Assembly: GCA_027604505.1 (NCBI GenBank) | Contig: JADIIX010000002.1 | Coordinates: forward strand, 370,364-390,363 | DNA: 20,000 nucleotides | Direction of reading: 5' to 3' | Origin: Gonapodya sp. JEL0774 | Lineage: Eukaryota | Part shown: piece after piece, positions 1-10,900 of the stretch | Numbering within the stretch: position 1 is the first letter of the stretch | Layout of the letters: every line of letters starts with the position of its first letter | Notes under the pieces: model-generated | The model's input: only the letters and a program-made list of their open reading frames with translations | Told to the model about the DNA's origin: nothing | Databases searched by the model: none | Position numbers and translations under genes: made by a program

Positions 1-3000
1 CTCTCCCTGGTCCTGGATGGGTTCTTGCTCGCGCTGGTTGATCTATTTTCCGGTTTGCTTCCAGTGACATCAAACTCGAAAATGTGAGAATCAGTAGCCA
101 GGTAGGGATACAGCGACGGAAGGACCATTTTTAACATTCCTCGAATATGCGATGCAGGAAACCGATTGGTACAGCGTTCGAGGCACTCCACTCCCAGATT
201 CGCCATCTCACTGCAACGTTTGTTTCAGAGATACTTCGGGTGTTCTGAAATATACGAAACAGACTCACGGATGCGTCAACCCCAGGTGGAATGCGGAGAT
301 GAGCGGTTCGGCGATAGTCGCAAGCGTCAACAGTTCCGTCGGCGTTTGTAGAACGAATCTTAGGCACGCTGCAAGCAGATCACCCTGGAACAGTTTTATC
401 CTCCCCAACACATTCATAAGTATCCTGGAGTATTGGGCATACGCCGTCTTGGTAATGCTGTCTGTACGTCCCGTTACCTCCCTGGACACTCTCTAGATAC
501 AGTTGGATAGGTAAAATGAGTTGGTATCCAACACATATCGTGACACCCACGTCGCTATCGTGATCGAAAACGCCATCTTCCACCATGTCCTCGAAAACTC
601 CATGTCTCGTGCAGATCTCCATGCAAAGTGCCAGAAGCTTGTAGAATCCAGAGACCAGGGGAAACTTACTGCTCATATCGCCCCAGGATTCTCCAGCCTG
701 ACTGAGCCACCGCTTGAATTGAAAGTCTCTAACTTCTCCGAGAAAGCGACTGCAAAACTCTACGTAGTTCAGAAACAAGCTGAAGTCTTTCGGTTGGAGT
801 GGTTGTAGTGAGGCTGGGTCCCCAGTTGGTGGCAATGTGGTTCGGTTCACTCTTTCAGTTATCCCTTCATCTGTCAACTCCAAAACGAAAGTTGTGAAAT
901 CCAATCGCTCTGGAAACGTGATAATAACTTGCACTGCAAGGTCATACACTGATTCGAAAAAGTCCTCCCAAAGTTGCAACTCTTCGGGGCTATTGCTCAT
1001 TCGCTTCATGAGAACATCTGAAAACAATGACTTCCAGAACGTCATAAAAACTATGGATGATCGAGTCTGTGGTTCTGAGTCGGTATCGGTACTCTCTTCC
1101 AGAATCGGTTCCGAATCACCATTGCTATCATCAGCAATGAGGTTAGCCAGCGCCGGGTCGAAAGTTGGGTCATCTGCAGGATCCGCGGGTTTGTCAATCT
1201 TCGTTTCTGCCGTAGTCATCGACAGATCTTGTCCGTCATCAGCGGCATCCCTGGTTGCAACAATGTCGGTGCAGGTCAAGATCAGAACACGACTCGCTGC
1301 GTCGTGATCCCCAAGGTAAGACAAAATGCAGTAGAACAGCACACAGCACGCTTACCAATATTGGGCCAGAAGGTCCTCAAGAGATTCTTTTTATAGAAGG
1401 CAAAGAGAACTTCCTGGAATGCCAACGTCGCTGCATACCTAACCCGTGGGCCCAGTCGATAGAAGTTTAGGAACAACGCGCCACTCAAACGCTCTGTTCG
1501 ATGAAACAGACAGATCTCGTAAGAAGGAAGCTTTAGTTATGAGTGCAAGCCAAGTGAACGCACCAATTGTGCTAGACCCTGGAATATCCGCCTGGTCTAA
1601 TTCTACAATAACATGAGCAAAAGCCTGAAGGTACGAGCCGAGGTATTGCACCGCATCATCGGACACCTGCGTGGGATCTGAATAAAACAGGCTAACTGCC
1701 CGATCAAGGTGTAACAAAATATCGTTGATTCTGACACCATCCATTCCTTTGAGAGGTCGAGCCAGAGCACCAAAAGAGCGAACACAGAACGCAACATAGC
1801 GGGTATCAACTTCCTTGGAATCATTTTGCATTGGTTCTCGAAGGGCCGTTAGTAGGTTTGAAGCAAGAAACTGAAAAGAAACTGGAGAATCTGATGCAAA
1901 AGCTCATCAAGCAAAACTATCAAATTTTCACCTTCAAACATATCTTGAGCCGTTTTCTATCCGCAGACGGATCGTTCATAACAATTACCATCTTTCAGTA
2001 GAGAAGAAAAGTTCAGATAGGCATTTTCATCAGATCGAAAACAAAGTTTCCACTGACCTGGTTAATGTACTCGTCAAAAGCAGGTTGAGCGGCTTTCCTC
2101 AAATCTCGGTTCTGGTGACGAAATGAGTTTCGAAGATCATCGAATGTGGATTCGCATCTCTCGAAGATATTGGCGCGAATCAATCCCGCATGGCGAGTGA
2201 GAAAATTGAGACCCGCTGTTGGGAGTTTTGACCGTGTTAACGTGACGGACCTTGTGTACTTCGAACAAAAACTGCGACAGAACGAACACTTTAAGAAAGC
2301 GTAACTTTTCCGCTCCAAGCGATGTTTGTCAATAGCACTCCACACAAGACTTGTAATCTGTGATTTTTGCGTTACATCTTCGCGGCGCAGATTGTTTGCA
2401 CCGATGGATGGAATGTTAGCAAACCAAACCCTCACCGAGTAAATCCCACGAGCAAGTAAACATTATATTTGTGACGCAATTCAGAGCCCCCGCCTGCATC
2501 TTTTCCGATGCATCATCTTTTCCCTTGAGTTCGTCGGCAGTCTGGCAAACCCACGTGAGTAATTGGACCAGCTTTCTTGATTGCACCACGGACCCATGGT
2601 ATCGAGCAATGTTGGAAAGTAAAGTAAGCAACGAGACTTTGACTTTCAGAGAGAATTGAAAATTGCATTGTGATGAGACAGGTCACGCATCCTGTACACA
2701 AGTGGTGTCCCACCAGTGACTCCAAGCTTCTTGTTTAGGGTAACAAATTGGTTCGTTAGACTAAAATTTGTGGTCGAGTGGCGCAAATAATTGAGCTCGA
2801 CTTGCTGATATCCAACATACCAAGAAACTTACCGCTCGAACACATCACTGAGACCCAAATACTTGGGATCTGTCACAAGGCCATCCGTCTCAATTAGAGC
2901 AGAGAGGACGTCCAAACACCCGGTCTTTATTTTGTTGTTTTGGTCGACATTGTACAACACCCAACATGTGTCCTAGGCCATACAAGAGCACGAAGGCATG

Positions 3001-3509
3001 GAATCAAGCAGTTCCGGTAACAGTGCAGGAAGAATGCGCATCCATCGAAGAACTCTATGCGAGTACCAGTTGAGTGCAGGATCACCCACCTTAATGTATT
3101 TCACATAATCTGAGACAATGCTCCCAGCTCGCCGCACATGAATTTCCACAACGTGAAGCAGTATCTTGTTCGTATCTGCTTGACCTCCTCTCGTTGCGTC
3201 CACGAATTTCAAGGCACCCTCCGCCTTATCAAGAAGGATAGCACTCGCAACACCTAATTGATGTTCCACGATTAAGACGTAATTAACATATCAAAATGGG
3301 GCATCAGTGACAAGCATATGAAAACTACAGCGACGACATTAGATACCAAGGTCAGAGTCCGGCACTTCCTTCCAAAATACTTCAATGTCCTCGGCGAGGG
3401 ACTTTGGGTCGCTCACGTAACCCTTGGACGAATCATTTTTGCCAGTGGATCGGAATGATTCATTGAGAGATCGCAAGCTGGATTCCAGCCTTATTCGGGC
3501 AGTGCCCAT
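1..3509 (-). CDS. PRKDC: DNA-dependent protein kinase catalytic subunit (DNA-PKcs), N-terminal HEAT region; multi-exon, 3'-partial (continues past window start)
   Basis: Hand-spliced exons: 3509(or 3587)-3347, 3253-3090, 2972-2833, 2760-2714, 2642-2436, 2377-2288, 2215-2058, 1991-1932, 1870-~1592, ~1530-1356, 1296-551, 492-269, 210-<1. The peptides match, in order, motifs recalled from vertebrate DNA-PKcs. GDPASLQPLQPKDFSLFLNYVEFC resembles [37 protein letters not shown] resembles RLPLISGFYKLL. GDLLAACLRFVL...AFHLGLTHPEMANLGVECLE resembles DELLASCLTFLL...[32 protein letters not shown] resembles IRGYGLFAGPCK. The kinase domain is outside the window. Confidence 0.92.
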
Positions 3510-3688
3510 TCCTGGTGGCGGTGGAGTTGGTGTATTCGAAGACGACCTCCACAGTTCAAACAACCCCCGTGCGAAGACTGCACTCATTGAGTGACTGGAT
3601 ACAAAACCGAATTGATTTTCATCAAGTTCGCAATAGAATACATTTGTCTATGGCAAATTCATTACATTGTGTTACCTGGTATACAGGA

Positions 3689-5208
3689 TCATGTCTTCAA
3701 CAACTCTACAATAGAGCCTACATGTTCTCTGATCTCCAAATACTCGGCATCGGTTTCTTGGAACTGCTCCAGCACGGTCCTCAATTCAGCAACTTCTTGT
3801 CCATATTCACTATCTCGACGTGTGACATCTGGTCGTACCTTCACAATCTCCGATACAAGTTCAGTACATTTGGAGAGCAAATCCGTGTCACGAGAGAGTG
3901 TGAAAATGGAGATGAGAATGGAGAGGATGCGAAGTCGAAGGAGAGTGGTGGATGGATACTCTCTAGTTGATGCGGCGGAGGAATCATTTGCTATCGGTGC
4001 ATTCAGTGCCGTTGAGTTTTGAGGAAGTGGAGGTGGAAGTTCGATAAGGAGTTGTGCGGGGGGCGTGATCAATCCTGAAGGGGTGGACAGAGCAACGGGC
4101 GAGGACGGGTTCACGATGTTCGCTCGCGACTCTCGCTCGCATGCCTCATCGACAACCATGTTCCGAAGTAGAAAAACCACTTTGCGCGATAATGGCAAAC
4201 TGGCCTCCGTACTTGTTTCGGAAATGGATGGAATGGTGTTCGAGGAGAGTCTGGCAACAAAGTCGACAAGAAGGGAGACTAGTCGATCAAATCCACTCAG
4301 AGTTCTGAACTGAGAGACGGCTGTTGGATTGTGCTTGAGAGCGCCTGTGAAATCGTCGAAGCCAATGTCCATTCCAACAAAACCGGAGTGCGCGGGATGT
4401 CATTAACACAATCCATTTCACTGCAAATACTCATAGCGACGCTCACCAGACACCGCATAGACTGCCCTTGCTCTGACTTCTTGATCCGAATCGCTGAGAG
4501 CGTCTACAACTTTTGAAAGGGCGCCAGCGTCCAGGAATTGGCGCTGCCCTTCCGCATTGTTTTGCACGACAGTGCCAAGAACCCAAAGCGCAAGGGAGCG
4601 TAGTTTCGGAGAAGAGTGGGAAATCAATGCCAGCACCGTGGGATAAAGTCGAAGAACCTTCATATCTGCCGGAACGGCAACAATTGTAAGGTGATGAGCG
4701 CGATTTCGCAAGAACAAACAAGTTTCACCACAAGGGCACAACAACTTTGGGAAACCACATGGCCCCACTCGGTTGTTCTAACCTCAGTCAGAGTCATGTG
4801 CTGGTTGCTAGCTCCTTTTATCACAAAATACGCAACTTACTGTTTGCATTGTCCGAAGACTCTACAAGCATCTCTAAATCGTCAAGAGCCGCAGCTTTTT
4901 CGTCAATCGATGAAGACTCGTCCGATAGAATCTCTCCACATTCGCGCATGCGCACAGCGTCATCTTTTCCTAACACTACGTCAATCCATTTTGGGTCCTT
5001 GATGGAAGGCTCTGTTGTGAGTATAAAGCAAGAAGTAACAAATTTGCATAGAGTGAAGACCACTCACAACTGGCTGGGTTGATCCTATGGGCGCCTGAAT
5101 ATCCTGACGTCGTGCGTCCTCCTTTTCTGTAGCTGCAGAAAGTGCGGTAGTGAACTGGAGAAGCTCTGACGCCGTCAATGGCCGAGAAGGTCCCCGTCCT
5201 CTCGACAT
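3689..5208 (-). CDS. FES1: Hsp70 nucleotide exchange factor, Fes1/HspBP1 family (ARM-like repeats); 4 exons
   Basis: Exons 5208-5068, 4997-4841, 4665-4447, 4344-3689, with phase-compatible GT...AG introns. The spliced product contains DPKWIDVVLGKDDAVRMREC, ALDDLEMLVESSDNANNMKVLRLYP, WVLGTVVQNN and ARAVYAVSGALKHN. These match Fes1/HspBP1 hallmarks (EN[LI]DNAN, W..G..VQNN, A.YA.S...RH). Confidence 0.92.
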
Positions 5209-5522
5209 CCCAGGTTGCGTCTTGAACGGGAAAGAGCGTTCGAAGGGGGTAGACCTTCCAAACGTTATGAAGGAGCAGTGAAAAGTGATTCCTGCTGTTT
5301 CTTGTCTTGATTACGTTAGATGGCCTCAAGAAAGTCTCGGAAGTTTCTGGAGCTTTCCCACTGAGCAATCAGCCTTGCACAGCAAGCAGGGCTGGTGCTG
5401 TGGGCCATAACTGTCTCTCAATTCGATCCAGATTTCTCAGGATGCAAACGCTTGGGTATCATAAAAGTTTGATCAGACAAAGAAATCAAACTGGGTATTG
5501 GTACAGATTAATTATACATGAA

Positions 5523-7699
5523 TCAGTGGAATTCTGTGGAAGCTGCAACACCAAATTTCCTCGCTCTTGCCTCAACCTTGAGGGCAGCCTCCTTCTTCAC
5601 CTCCAACTGAATTTCATCACCGCGCCACCACTCCCACGTCTTGACGCCTATGCATACTTTCTCGAGCCTCCCGCAACCTCTCTTAGCCGCACCTGGTTTA
5701 CCCCCAGCTACAGCACCCAACACAGTCTCAACAACCTTCGCAAGGTGCCCAGGCACCGCGACTCCTTTCCGAGCATCGGGGTCACCTTCGCGTAAGAACA
5801 GATCAACGTCAACCTTTGTCAGGTGGAGCTCCACCAGTCCAGGTGTGAGACGTTTCAGAGCGTCGCCCAGTCCTTTCCACTCTTTCAGAGTCATAGTGGG
5901 GAACCGAGGGTTTCCCCAGCGGTCTCGCACACCATCGGGAGGCATCGCAAGAGCGAGGCGACGGAGACGAGGGAAGGAACTGTCCGAACTTTCATAGTCC
6001 GGCATTCCTTCAACTGCTTCTCCACCAGCAATGGTAGCAAAGCGCTCTGGCACGTAGAACACTGTACCAAAACTGGTAAGATTCGGCAAATGATTGGGAA
6101 GGGAGCTGAATGTGTCATTGAGAAGTGTATCGGGGTTCGTTGGAGAGAATGGACGAAACTTGGTGCGGCTCGCCCAATTCTCAATTGAGACAACGGTAAG
6201 ATTTTTGAAAGATGCCAATAAACGGAAAGTTTTAAGGCTGTACAGACGCAGAGGCATAGGTCACGACCGGCCGCATTTGATCGGCAGAGATTTGGAACAA
6301 TACTCACGCCTCGTAAAGTTCACTTTTAGAACCAGCGGCCACCTTCAGCACCTTGAGGTTCTTTCCACCATTACCAAGCCCCTTTCGAGCTGCCCAGTCG
6401 CCGTCTCCACCCAACCCTGTAAGGCGGCAGAGATGACCGTACACTGCACAGCCGTCTGATTCCGTCGATACATGTAGAGTTTCAAGTGAGTCCCACCCCT
6501 CTAGTAGCCATAGCAATAACAATATCCCGTTGAATGCCATCAGTAGGGAAGTCGGACTGGAATAAACGCATTGCTTGAGGACTCTCACCCAGATCGAGAC
6601 CGACGTCCACGTCACAGTCAGCTGCATTTTGGTGGGTTAGACGCAAAGTTTTGACGTTGGATAGCCTTGTTCCTTCCCAACGTATGTCTTCGAGCACAGG
6701 ACTGGGGAGGATGAGCTGTTGCGGATTGATGGTCCTTGCCAAACTTTCTAGCGAGAGGGCAAATGTGGAATCGGCGTACTCGACTTCGAGGGAGTGAAAT
6801 AGGCCGAGCACCGATCGCCTCATGTGCTTCTCGACAGAGTTCAATGTGAGTGTGGCAATTTTTGTTGATTGATGGTCAGGGGGAGTAACAAGGTGAGGAT
6901 TGTGATGACTGTAGATGCGGACAGTTGCCGAGACCCCAAACCATGCCCTCCGTCGTCGTAATGCGAGGTGGTCCAGGATCTGTTCCTTCCCTCGCGTGGC
7001 CGTCTTGGTCCTGACCGGTGCGATTTCAGATTGTCGGTTCACCTCCTTGTCCTCCGGCACATCACCACGAAATGATGGAAGAAAAGATATTGATATATCA
7101 CCGATGTACAGGCCGGGTTTCGTTGTATCCTTCCGTCTGGTCGACCTGGGATACCGTGTGCCTCCTCCAACATTGCAGTCCGATCTCTCCGAAAGTGGGC
7201 CGATTGTAAACTCGAATGTGTTTTCCTTGCCTCTGGTGGTTCCTCGATTCGGAGAAGGATGTGCCTTTGAAGTTGTGAGGACCGAAATCGAGACAGGTAT
7301 TCTCTCCGCCGAGAACTCCCGAGCGAAGGCGCGAGAAACGAGCGGTAGGACTGCATAGTAGGTCTCAGGCGGTAGGTGTGGCAAGATGATTTGATAATAG
7401 AGGACCTCGGGTGGTAAGAGTACAAGCCAATGTGGGGGGGTTGAGGCGGCGGCTGGCAAAAGGACGGACAGCGACCAGTAAATCGAGATCAAATCGACAG
7501 AATCGTAGATGAAAGTGCATAAAGTGATGCGAATCGGACGGGAACGGGTCGAATTCAAACACGACAACCTGTCAACTTCACAATACGGAGGATTCGCATA
7601 CCGAACGCGATCCCACTCACCCTTAGCAGATGCGGAGCGTGTGACAATAGTAGACTCAGAGAATGCAGATCCACCTAGACGCGTGGTGGTTTTGCCCAT
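5523..7699 (-). CDS. F-box-like protein with degenerate leucine-rich-repeat-like C-terminus; 5' end uncertain
   Basis: Three ORFs are joined by in-phase introns 6588-6501 (GTGAGA..TAG) and 6307-6238 (GTGAGT..CAG). An F-box-like segment LVLLPPEVLYYQIILPHLPPETYYAVLPLVSRAF lies at ~7330-7430. LxxLxL strands follow (VKTLRL, LETLHV, LKVLKV, LPNLTSF, FPRLRRLAL, LVELHL, LEKVCI). The start codon and a possible extra 5' intron are unresolved. Confidence 0.6.
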
Positions 7700-7900
7700 A
7701 ATTTGATGAAATCAGTTGTGCATCAATTGTCAGATTCCAAGTGGCCAAATATCTGCTATTCTTCTACATCACGTTTCACTATAAAACGACAGACATTCAA
7801 AGTCATTAGGACGACTTATAAGTTAAAATGCGTATCTAAAACAGAATGTACAGGAATGATGCCAGAATGCAACCATCTCTCCACAGCCGAATACTGTCAT

Positions 7901-10900
7901 TCACATTTTTCGGCGGCCAGCGACAACAGGAAGTCTCGATCCGCCGGCGGTCTGTTCCTCCGATTCACGTTGATGCCGTTCCCAAGCGTAGTTCAGTTTT
8001 GCGATCTGCATCCTGGAGTAATCTGTGATTCTGTTACGATTGAGAACCACTATACCACCTGCCAGAGCACCGGTCATAAACCAGTTCAACGAACGACTTT
8101 CATAGTTGGGCTTCGGAGATCTCAGGCTCCGGTACGTTATGCAGACAGCAAGAGCATAGAACGCATGCCTTAAATCAGACGAACAAATACATTCAGGGTC
8201 AGGAAATTGTGCGAACCACAAATAACTCATCTCGGATCTCACGTTTCAAACGGACTCGCAGCGAGCGCTCCCCAAGTTCTCCGCGCAATCGCCGCAGCTG
8301 CTTGTCCTGCCGCTCTCGGCACTCGTCGTGTCAGGCCCTTTGCATAAATTGGAGGATCTGCAGCAGCTGCGGTCACCTCCTCTACCGTCCATCGACTGGC
8401 CAAATCCGCACCCCTCAGGACAACCTTGCCACCCTCGTATAGCAGTACTCCGCCGCTTGTCAATGCATCGTCCGACCATACCAAAAAATCTAGCAGAGCC
8501 TGGCAAAGCGTTCGGAACCATTTGGACTGCGACATTATCCGTGCTCGTACTGTAATATAGTCTCGTGCAATTGTCAATACCTCAACTCCTCGGGACTCGT
8601 GAAGATACGGTGCCACCGCTGCAGTGATTACCCTCACATAATGTCGAACGAGCGCCAAGAGCTGTAGTAGCATGTGGGAGAGTACCGCGAGTGCGTGTCG
8701 AATGTGGCCGACAATCAACCTGACAACTTTGGCCACGTCCGGTGGTAGAGAATCTACAAGCTGATTAAATTTGGACGACGCCGCTTCGGACAATCGCACA
8801 GCCGCATCCACAGAGCCTGCCAAAAGTTTTTCCAATCTGGGTGCAACAAAGTCTTTGAGCTCCGTGATTTTCGGATTGACCGCCTCTCCAAACTCCACTA
8901 TTCTTGCGTTTGCAGTATGAGCCAACTCATTGAGCACCGGCCCCACAGCCTCGCCCAACTCGGTAATCTTCGGTCCAACAGCCTGTCCCAATTCAGTCAA
9001 ACTCGCAGTTACCACCGCTGCGGCTCGCTCAAGTTCTCCTGAAGCATGCTGCAGCAATTCTACAGCAGAAGGCTGCCTGCGAGGTACTCGAGCAGCGGGA
9101 GTGGGTGACAAGCCGGTCGCTGGAAGCGTCGTCCGTGCGAACCTGGGAGACCGCGACACTGGCGTCCCTGGACCTGGAGATAGATTCCCAGTGCCACTGC
9201 CAACATCATAGTTCCATCGATCCTCTTCCAGAAAAGAGTTCACCCGTTTAGCCTTCCTCCCCTCCACTGTCGGTGATACCGCTCCGCTCCCTTTGCTGCT
9301 CGCCCGAATAACAACTTGCTCCGAGTCCGATTCCGCCGCAAACGGTGCGTCCTCCGATTCCGCTTCACTTTCCGACCCTCCATCGTATTTGCTGTCCTTG
9401 ATTCCCCGACCGGTTGCAATCCGCGTCAACCTCTTTGAATTTGTGTTCGTTTGGGACCGATCGTCCTCGTGAATGACCAGTGTACCCGGCGCCACGCTTC
9501 CGTTATGATAAATGACTGTGCCCGACGAATCTTCGTTGAACGAGCCTTCCCGACTCGAAGATCGTCTTCCATTGTGTTTGACTTCAGTGACGTGCCCCTT
9601 GCTGTCAGCGCCAGTCTCATCCGCTGCTGTGAGTCCGGAAGTTGATGACAATACAGTACCAGCTCGCACTTTGATGGCCTTCTGAGCTTTGCGGGCAATC
9701 TCTGCCGCTCTTACCAACTGCAACAAACCAACTCTCCCAGACCCAGATGACGACAATGGTGGTAAAATCGTTCCAGAAGGATACTCTGCGTCCGCCACAC
9801 CATTGAGTAAACTCCCATTCGACGTTGTCCTCTTCCTCCCTGTCGCAACCACGAGTTCAACCTCGCCGCCTCTTGCCCTAGCCTCCTTTATCCAACCCAA
9901 CGCCTCAGCTTCACTCGTCTTTGGCCGCTCATTCGGCTTCTTCTGCAAACACCTCTCCACGAACTCCCTCGCTCCCTCTGAGTACACTGCACCACCACTT
10001 TGTTGCTTGTTTCCATCGTCGTCGGGTCCGGGCAACCGCGGTGCGTCTACAAAGGGGATTTTGTACATGGCACGCATTGGATGTTGATCGTAGTGAGGGG
10101 GTCGGCCGGTGAGAAGTTCGATGGCAGTGACCCCAATCGCCCACACGTCCACCGAAGCTGAGTACGTGTTGCCCACTAGAATCTCCGGTGCCATCCAATA
10201 CGGAGATCCGACAACTTTAGATTTGGACTGAGCCAGGGTGCCTGTTAGAGTCTCAGAGACCCCAAAGTCAGCAATCTTGGCTACCCCAGCCCCATCGAGA
10301 AGGATATTTGCAGCTTTGATATCATGATGAACGATGCCCTTTGAATGTAGATAAGACAATCCACGAAGAGCGTCTGAGATAACAGTGGAAGCTTCAAGGT
10401 CGGTTAGGGGGCGCGAAAGAACAGACATGAGGTCGGAACAGGATCCACCAGAACAGTATTCCATGAGTATCTGACAAGAGCGAGTAGCAATATGTGGTTT
10501 AAGTACGTAAATGGGGAAACGGAACAGGCGGACGTTGATCGCAGATCCCATGTTGCCCTGCATTGTGACCAAAGAAGGTGCCAACTCACCCAAACTGCCT
10601 GCTCGGCAGGCACGTCCAGACACCCATAGTACTGTACAAGATTTGGATGTGAAGCTTGCTTGAGTGTTTCGATTTCCTTGCGGATGGTCACACGGTCAGA
10701 TTCGAGCTCTACAGGAATCTACCGAGGTGCGGATCGACAAGCAAACAGAAACGCAGGTTACCATTGAGGTCACGAACAACCAATCTGTTCTTCGTTCGGA
10801 ACGTCCCCTTTGGACGTACCTCTTTGATGGCCAGTGCGACGCCCGATGAGCTGAGTTTGGCTTTCCAAACACTCCCAAAGGCGCCAGAACCCAGTTTCTC

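Noticed and set aside
7901..8242. 113-aa ORF as an independent small membrane-protein gene
   Set aside because: Its GTG 'start' is the splice donor of the kinase's last intron; in-phase splicing makes it the kinase's terminal exon.
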